Of a stretch of DNA of 64,000 bases, positions 55,701-64,000 are shown piece by piece. Source of the DNA: Octopus vulgaris (Eukaryota); NCBI GenBank assembly GCA_951406725.2, contig OX597814.1, positions 163,122,001 through 163,186,000 of the forward strand, written 5' to 3'. The position numbers were made by a program, and so were the translations under genes. Every line of letters starts with the position of its first letter. Within the stretch, counting starts at the first letter, position 1. Under the pieces are notes generated by a model. That model was not told the origin of the DNA, did not search any database, and was given only the letters and a program-made list of their open reading frames with translations.

Positions 55701-57768
55701 GAGCAGCCGTCTCGCAGATTTTGGACTCTTCGCCGTTGAATTATCATCTAACACCTGCTAGTTTAATTATGATTTCTACGGTCAAATATATAAGTGTAAA
55801 GAAAATTTACAAACAATAAATGTTATCTCTTAATTTTGGTTTTTAATATACAAGGATAATTTGTCGTATAATAGGAATAAAATCGTCAAAGAATTAAAAC
55901 AACTTATGAAGGAATAACGTTTAGGGAACAAAAGTAACACATTTCATATGGAGATGAACGTTCCATATTTTATTCGCAGTGGTCTCATGAGATATTAGTT
56001 TCAACTTAAATTCAAATATATATTGTATTCAGTTGTGTCTGGGGAGAGTCATTTTCTTTTTGTGTCTTATAATTTAACACACTCACCGGTAAAATTTCCA
56101 CTTATTTCTTATTTTTATTTTCGTAAAATTTTCGTTGTGTCTTGCAATCTTTTCAATAGTCTTGACTCTGTCTGTTATTTATTGTATTCAGTTTTTAAAA
56201 TTTAGTTTTTACAGAGATTCCCTCGACAAGCTAATAGCTTTTACATAGTAATTCTACAAAATCATTTTACATGCAAATTAAAATATTACTGAGTATCAAA
56301 CTTGAATAATGCCTACAGCAAATCATACATAATTAATAATGAATTAGATGCCCAAGATGGCTGTAGTCAAATTACTGAAACAAGTAAAAGCTAAAAAATA
56401 AACTGAAATTTATTTTAACGGGGAAATAACAGCCCTTTAGAAGGAGGGAAAAAACCGCATGGGATGGAATACCAATCAATCATAGAGTCCAGCTACAGAA
56501 GGCCCGTGCAGCACCTGTAAAATTATATATCTAAAAACAAATATAATGAATGTTTTTAAACGGTTCCAATAAATGCGATATATAGATGCATGAAATTAAA
56601 AGTAAGGACATTCAATTTTTCTTATTTATTTGTTTTCCCTCTCATACACTTTTTCGACGAGAATTTATCATTAAAGTTAATGGATTCCAATATGTAACAC
56701 GATTTTTGTACTTGGGTAGCATCTGTTATATCCTCTTTGCTTACCCCAAAGAAAGTATGAAAATAGCTAATATTTCCTTCAAACTTTGCTTTTCTTACAT
56801 TTATTCAAACCTCAGAGTATCCCTCTCAGCACATGGCTATGATGCTCCCCCACTACTCCTGCTTATGATCAAAAATACACATGCTGTCAGCTATTAAGGG
56901 ACATTCTCAAGTAGTTAGGGTCAAGTAACTGACAAGCAAATCTGTGGTATTGAGCAGAATATTTGCTATAACGATATTTCTGCTTCAGCAACTCAGCACT
57001 GAATCTGTCTGAGATGTAATGGAAAATAGGTCAGTTTCAAAACAGTGATATCCAGGTCACAAAAGCAATGTTTGAAGGAAATAATAGTAATTTCTTTTGA
57101 TTTCTAGATAGAAGCAAATAGGAAATAGCACTTACTGACCAAAGACAGAAAAAAAATTTGTTAGTGTTTTTTTCTCGTCGTTACGGAAGTAATTTTATGA
57201 ATTTAATTATTTGGGGTCTTAAACATATTCACTACATGAACTATGTTATCCTTTACGTAACCATATGAAAACAAACTTCGTTTACATCCAAATGATGACC
57301 CACTGAAGCTGTTCAGTATTCAGAAAAGTTGACTGCTTACTTTATTTTTCGGCACGTTACTCTTAAACTGATAATCGGATGAGCGATAATAAAGACTTAA
57401 TCAACAGTAATCTGCTGGCATTACCCACTGTTAAAATTTCACTTGAAGCTATCTTGAAGAACATAAAGCCGTGATCATTTGTTAAAAAAAACTGACTTCC
57501 AAAACAGTTTCCAAAGCTTAATGCTGTGGCTGTTATTGCTTTTGTTGTTGTTGCAGCTGTAGCGCTACTGTTGCTGCTTTTATACCCAGGTCAGCATAGG
57601 ATGAGAAGCTTTCCAACCATAGCCATCCCGCCATTTTTCAGCTCTTGTGTACATATAGAAACACATAGTCCAACGTGTAATTAGAAAGTAATTATGTACA
57701 TACATACATACAGACATGTACGTTTGTGCGTGTGCGTGCATGTGTGTGTGTGTGTGTGTGTGTCTGTG

Positions 57769-57821
<53 letters not shown>

Positions 57822-57824
57822 TTA

Positions 57825-60038
57825 CATCGGTCAACATATTTTTTTCTGGTACAAGGTTTATCAATAAATTTTAGCTAATTTTGGGGTGCTGAATCCAAAT
57901 CTGGCATCAGATGTTATCTATCACATCAGTTTTTGCAGACGAAATCTTTTAATTTAGCTCCAAAACACTTTTTAGTACTCAAAAAAAGAAGAATTTTTCT
58001 TAATATAATAAATCGAAACAAAGTTGCGCGAGTAAATGCACATTAGCATGTAAGAATTAAACTTGGTGATAGCAAAATATAAATACAAAATCTCTATTCA
58101 TTGTGGTCATTCATTCTGATCATATTATTACTACAAGAACTTTTTGACGGCCTCTTGTGCACAGCTTCTAGAATGTCTTCCACCAAGCTCCAGTAGTTAT
58201 CTGCCATCATGTTTGAGTCTCATCGACCTTGGTAGCGTTCTTCCATTACTTTTACGTCTTGATGAAAGTGTTCACCTTGTTCTTCGCTAACATCACCCAA
58301 GTTCTCTGGAAACTCATCCAAATTACTATGCAAGTAGTACAATTTTCTGCTCATTTTATATCCAAGTGCTTGCAAGCTCAAGAGTAGCTCCTCCACAATC
58401 TCTTGATAGTTATCAGCTTTCTTGTTCCCGAGGAAATTCCGCACCACATCACAGAAGGTATTCCAAGCTCTAGCCTCCGCCGCACTCATTGTTGTAACAA
58501 AACATGGATCTCCGAAGAGCGTTCTTATCTGAGGTCCATCAAATATTCCTGCCTTCTTCTCGGCACTGAGACTTGGAAAAGTTCTATATATGTATCTGAA
58601 GTAGCCTCCACTGGGATCAAGAACTTTGATGAATTGCTTCATCACACCAGGTTTTCTGTGCAGTATTGGGAAGGGAAAAGATGATGTTTTTCTATCACCT
58701 GACATCAAACTGTTTCTTGGGGGGGGGGGGCATTTTTTTTCACCCAGTGATCATTTGTAGCCCTACTGTCCCAGTAGCATAGGAAACAGGGGTACTTAAT
58801 ATAACGTCCTTGCTGGCTCAGTAGAAAGTTTATCATTTTCAAATCGACACAAACTACCCATCCATAAACATGACATTGCAACCTCACCAGAAGAATCTTG
58901 ATGTTGGCGTTCTCCTCTTTCATTGTTTATAGAGTGTCCTATTGGAATTGAGCCATACAAACTCCCGTTGTGAAGTAAAACACATTTCAAGCTGCTTTTA
59001 GAGCTGTCAATAAAAAATCTCCACTCACGTGAATCATATACCAGTAATCCCATATTGAGAAGCAGCACTTCAACATCATTACAATAAACAAGCTGACCAT
59101 TTGAATGGAAGCACTTCCACAGTCCTGCTTTTCTGTTACTATAAAAGGACACCAGTGCCAGGTTTCGGCAGTCTTTTCTCTTGCAGACTGGAAGCAAATA
59201 ATTCAGCAGACCGCTTTGGCAAATACAAATCCCTGGCCTCATCATTCAATTCAGGCTGACTAAAGAGAGAAAAATTATCACAGTCTCTATCACAGATGGC
59301 ATAAGCTGTTCATCTTCATCAATAGTAGGTGAATTGATGGCTTCATCATCAATTTGTGGTAGCTCAATAAATACAGTCACAAGTATTTCCTGAGAATGAA
59401 CAACCGGTCGACGGACAGATGGGATATGTGGGTATTACAAGTGTCGTTTTGTTTTCGTATTGAACCCTTTTCGTATTGAACCTTTTTCGTATTGAACCCT
59501 TTTACAAGGCAGAAGTAGTAGTATTCCACATGGTTTGTTGGTTCTCTCCGAACCATTGGCACACCAACTTGAGCCAAGGTTTTGTCATGGTCTTCAAGTT
59601 CTACTTTAAAGTAAGCTAGATGCACCTTCTTGACAAAGTTATTAATGCTGTGCCTTTGAGCCTGTGGAATGAAGTTTCCACAGATGTAACAGAAGATATT
59701 GGGATCATTACGGCATTTTTTTCTTTTCGATGTTGTATCCATAACTAGATCACAATGGCTCCATTCACACCTGAAGAGAAGAGAAAGGGTTTTAAAGCAA
59801 AACTCAGTTTGAACATATTAAAAATTAGCATGACAATCCAGCCAAAATTCTCGCAAATAGTAGTGTAAAGTTCACTTTTCGTATGATCGAGGTAAATAAG
59901 GGTATATACCGATAGCACAAAAATGTGATGTGATAGAGCAAATCTGAGGTCAGTTTTGGAATCAGCACCCAAAAATTAGTCTAAAACAGCTCTAAGATTT
60001 TATACTAAAGAATAAAATATTTATTTTGTTGACCGGTG
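57825..60038 (-). mobile_element. Full-length decayed Chapaev3 (CMC) DNA transposon, TTA TSD
   Basis: TTA|CATCGGTCAACA ... TGTTGACCGGTG|TTA with ~65-bp subterminal inverted repeats. Transposase motifs CRNDPNIFCYICG, REPTNH..YFC, FFIDSSKSSLKCVLLHNG, KYPCFLCYWDSRA, GIFDGPQIR, NLGDVSEEQGEHFHQD. Confidence 0.92.
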
Positions 60039-60059
60039 TTATAGTTTTCCAGAAGATAC

Positions 60060-61350
60060 CCATTTGCCATTTCTTCTTCATGATTTTCATCCCTGTTTAA
60101 CACGCAGCCAAGGTATGTGAAGAAAGATATGCTTCATAGTTATTTTAGGATCCACACGAGATTTTGCAGTTGAGACCTGACATAGAATAACAATTTCATC
60201 AAGATTTGTTTAAGTTAAAAATTTCATTGACGTGACATGTCACTTTCGCATGTAACATGTCAAATAAATTTTTTCCCCGAAGATTTTTAAAATGATTTTC
60301 ATTGTGTGCGACGATATCACAGAGATCAATTTAAATATGTTTTTTTTTATTTCCTTTTATCAGAAATGTAAAAGTTGTCATTTAGATTTAAACCATAAAA
60401 TCGGTTTGAACATTCTTCACCAGTACAAACACTCATATCACTATGAAAAGACTTGATAATATTTGTAAATTTATCAGGAAAACCGTAAGTTCTGGATTTT
60501 CCCATGTCAAAGTCGTTAGTAAAGTCAATGACTCCATGGTACCTGTTAAGTCTCTGATCAATGCATTTTCCTTGGAGGTGATGAGCGGAAAATATATTTT
60601 AGCTTCAAAGTTTAGCGTGGAAACCTCATAGAACCTCAAATAGAATGGATATCATGAATAATTCTACTCGATATTTTCCCTACACAATTTGGCTTTATAC
60701 AGGATTAGTAATTTTTGGGAAGCTGAAGTGTTTTGGGATCTGAAGAGAAAGTCCAGTCTATGAAATGCGGTCCTATCTATTCAATGATGTGATTCTCTGT
60801 GAGAGATTTTCAGTGATAGCGAGGCCTAGCATTTATGAGCGATCTTGTTGCAATTTATGTTTAAGTGAAGTGAAATGCAATGATTTTTTTCTTGATATGA
60901 GCCCTGCTTGTAATAGTTGCTGTTGAAAGCGACAAGACTGGCAAAATATATTTGAGTTACGTGCGAATGACTCTTGGATAGGGAAGGTTAGGGATGAAAA
61001 GTAGTATCAGCTTGTTAGATAGAGTGCTGTAAAAGGGAACAGCAAATAGGGTAATTGATGTTTACAAGGAAGAATGTGAAGGATAGATATTAGCCCTGCT
61101 TTACAGAGAGTGGTTAAAAGCAATCTCTATCAGCATAGTTTGCTAAAGTGTGATCTGATAGGAAGCTACCAATCCAAAAAAAGAGAGACAAATGGAGTTT
61201 TAAGGTAAATAGTATTGACAGATTTACTTGACAGGCAGACTCGAAAGTTTCACTGAAGCAGCGGGTAACAAGACTGCTTTCATAAAATATCCCTGCAGTG
61301 AAAGACCACTGGTAAGCAGCGTAGAAAGTAGGTATCCAACAAAACTAAGT
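60060..61350 (-). mobile_element. Old LINE relics (RTE-like RT plus a second fragment)
   Basis: YGFPDKFTNIIKSFHSDM near 60430-60500; the remainder is only weakly recognisable. Confidence 0.45.
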
Positions 61351-61411
61351 TTTACGGAACCCGTAGTGGTGCTCATTAAGGGAAGAGAGAGAGGGGGAGG
61401 CATGTGTATTT

Positions 61412-61630
61412 AAGGCGGCGACTGGCAGAATCGGTAGCACGCCGGGTAAGATTCTAAGCGGCATTTCGTCCGTTTTTACATTCTGGGTTCAAATGCCGGT
61501 GGGCTCGACTTTGCCTTTCATCCTCTCGGGGTTGATAAAATAGGTACCAATTAAGTATTGGAGGTCAATGTAATCGATTTAGCCCCTACTCTGAAATTTC
61601 TGGCCTAGTGCCAAAATTTGAAACCGTTAT
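61412..61630 (+). mobile_element. Meta-type tRNA SINE
   Basis: AAGGCGGCGACTGGCAGAATCG head and GCCTTTCATCCTCTCGGGGTTGATAAAAT core. Confidence 0.75.
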
Positions 61631-62431
61631 TAAGGCATGAGTTCATTTGATACACACAAACATAAGCAAATATATACAGACTCTTACAAAGTAGACAACA
61701 AACAGGATTTTTACCTAGTTTTAGTCTGCTAATTTACCTTGCTTTGCTTTGGGTCATGAGTCCTTTGATGGAGAAGTACTGGTGCCGTTGTGGCACATGG
61801 CGTGTCTGAGGTATTCTTTTAGACTTTGCGGAGCATGTCCTTCTCGTAGATGCACTCATCAGTCGATTTCTTTCAAAGATAATAAAGTAAGTACTTTACT
61901 TAGCAACTTCAAAAAGGTTAAAGGTAGTATAGACCTCGGTAGAGTTTGAACCAATAGGAGAGAGTGCTGAAAATATTACCACAAAGCAATCTAATCTGAC
62001 ATTCTAATGATTCTGCTAAATGGTTACCTTAAACTTTTCATCTTGCTGTGCAAGTGTAGTTTTACGTAACAACAGCAAAGAGTAACATTTTGAAATTTTA
62101 AAACGTCTTTCATTTTATTATCGCATGATTTGTAAGTTGTTTTACAGAATGAGTTAAATGGCTTCTTTCTTTGAAAGCCTTGCTTATTTTAAATTTTTTC
62201 GAGACTGTTGCTCACATTCTAACGTAGAAGACTTGTGAAGGGTGCGAAAAATAGCGCAAGTATGTTTAATGTAAACCTGCGTTAAAGAAGTGGTTGAGAT
62301 CAGATTTCTGGGTACCGAGTCTCAAAGAAAAGACGACGAAAAACTGTGACCAAAAGCCATGTACTGTTGGGCAGACTTTTATAAGCCGTATCACCATGGG
62401 CAAAACAGAAGCTAAAATTTTGTTGACGTGT

Positions 62432-62575
62432 ATACATACATACATGATACATACATACCTACATACATACCTACATACATACATACATACATACATACAT
62501 ACATACATACATACATACATACATACATGCATGCATGCATACATGCATACATACATACATACATACATACATACA

Positions 62576-62609
<34 letters not shown>

Positions 62610-62626
62610 CATACATACATACATAC
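62432..62626. repeat. (ATAC)n microsatellite
   Basis: Directly visible; source of the MYVC/HTYI ORFs. Confidence 0.95.
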
Positions 62627-63018
62627 AAATATGGCGTGCCAATCCGATGCCCTCACTTGCTGTGAAGAGGTTGTCTCCCTTGTCAGCACATAGAACTGTG
62701 CTTTGTTCGAGGCTGAAGAGTCTTTGACTCTTGTTTCTAGCAATGTTGGTGCTGCCCTGCACCCTTAGTCACTTTTAGTGACGGTTGACTTTTTCCATTT
62801 TAGTTTTAAATTGCATCTAGCCCTTAATCATATATATATATGATCAATCAGTCGCCATGATTGATCGTTAGCCACTGCACAATTTTTTCTCTCCTTGTTT
62901 TTTCTGTGTCCCTTTCTGTAGAAGAGCGTAGGCTCGAAACGTAAAAGACTTTTTCTATTCCTGAGCGTTTGTTTTGTACACCACCTGTCTTCGTTTTTTG
63001 TTTTTTCGTGAACTCTGC

Positions 63019-63123
<105 letters not shown>

Positions 63124-63156
63124 CACGCAGATATATATACGCGCACACACATTATG

Positions 63157-63187
<31 letters not shown>

Positions 63188-63679
63188 TCATACATACATA
63201 CACACAAACATGCATACATATGTCTGTGTGGGTGGGAGTGTATGTATGTTGTTTGTGTACAAAACATTATAAATTATGAAAGCAAATTTCCAAATAAAAT
63301 AAAATCAATCTAAATACAGTTCTTGGAGGTTGATATAGCTTAACTTTTATAATTAGACGTAATCTTTCAACTAAAATAGCTGGTGACCTGAATGAAAGAA
63401 TTGCATAATTTTACACAGTTAATAACAGTTCACTTCGATCCACCTGACAGGAAGAATTAAATATTTACTGATCTGATTTCGAATGGCAGTTGCTGGATTA
63501 AAAAGATCAACGACTTTTTAGTTGAACGTAACTCGACCAAAGCTGAAAGGAAATTTCGGAATTGTGATGATGCAGAAGAATGACCGATTTTCATTTCCAT
63601 ATCAAAAGTTTTGCAAGTATATAAGTCGTCTCTTTTATTGAAAAATCTGTAGATTGCTGTTGATTCTTGAGTACTTGTG

Positions 63680-63985
63680 TCTTACTGGTTAGGAATATTT
63701 GGCTCACGATCACAAGATCGCGAGTTCGATACCCGGCGGTGTGTTCTGTTCTTGAGTAAGATACTTTAGTTCACGTTGCTCCACTTCACTCAGCTGGAAA
63801 AAATGAGTAGTACCTGCATTTCAAAGGGCCAGCCTTTTCACATACTGAACTACGCGAATCTACCTGAGAACTACGTTAAGGGTATGCGTGTTTGTGGAGT
63901 ACTCAGACACTTGCACGTTAATTTCAAGAGCAAGCTGTTCCGTTGATTGGATCAACAGAGACCCTCGTCATCGTAACCGACGGAG
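63680..63985 (+). mobile_element. CORE-type tRNA SINE
   Basis: Reverse-complement paralogue of 26460-26788. Confidence 0.78.
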
Positions 63986-64000
63986 ACGGAGTACCTGTAG

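Noticed and set aside
63330-63665. Possible transposase relic on the minus strand
   Set aside because: No diagnostic motif could be read with confidence.

Overview
Eukaryotic, AT-rich, microsatellite- and SINE-dense DNA, most consistent with an Octopus-type cephalopod genome (inferred from the SINE families, not proven). The only clear host protein gene is the 5' half of an importin-4 (IPO4) orthologue on the minus strand. I assembled six exons by hand (14750 down to the window start), all GT-AG and phase-consistent. A tRNA-His(GUG) lies 364 bp upstream of its ATG. The remaining ~49 kb is a transposon mosaic: Helitrons with Pif1 helicase fragments, RTE, R4/Dong, CR1-like and Tx1-like LINE relics, a Gypsy relic, a full-length decayed Chapaev3 (TTA TSD), hAT and Tc1/mariner relics, MITEs and many tRNA-derived SINEs. 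The most interesting signal is a set of hammerhead-ribozyme motifs. A Penelope-like element has inverted pLTRs, each with a type-I hammerhead (one intact), and a GIY-YIG domain split by a ~130-codon insert. Several ultra-minimal hammerhead-like motifs have stem III reduced to a 4-nt palindrome, including a U3-A8 core variant inside a 276-bp fold-back. Paired Helitron copies also give a direct read-out of gene-body CpG decay. Most long ORFs in the track are microsatellite artefacts.
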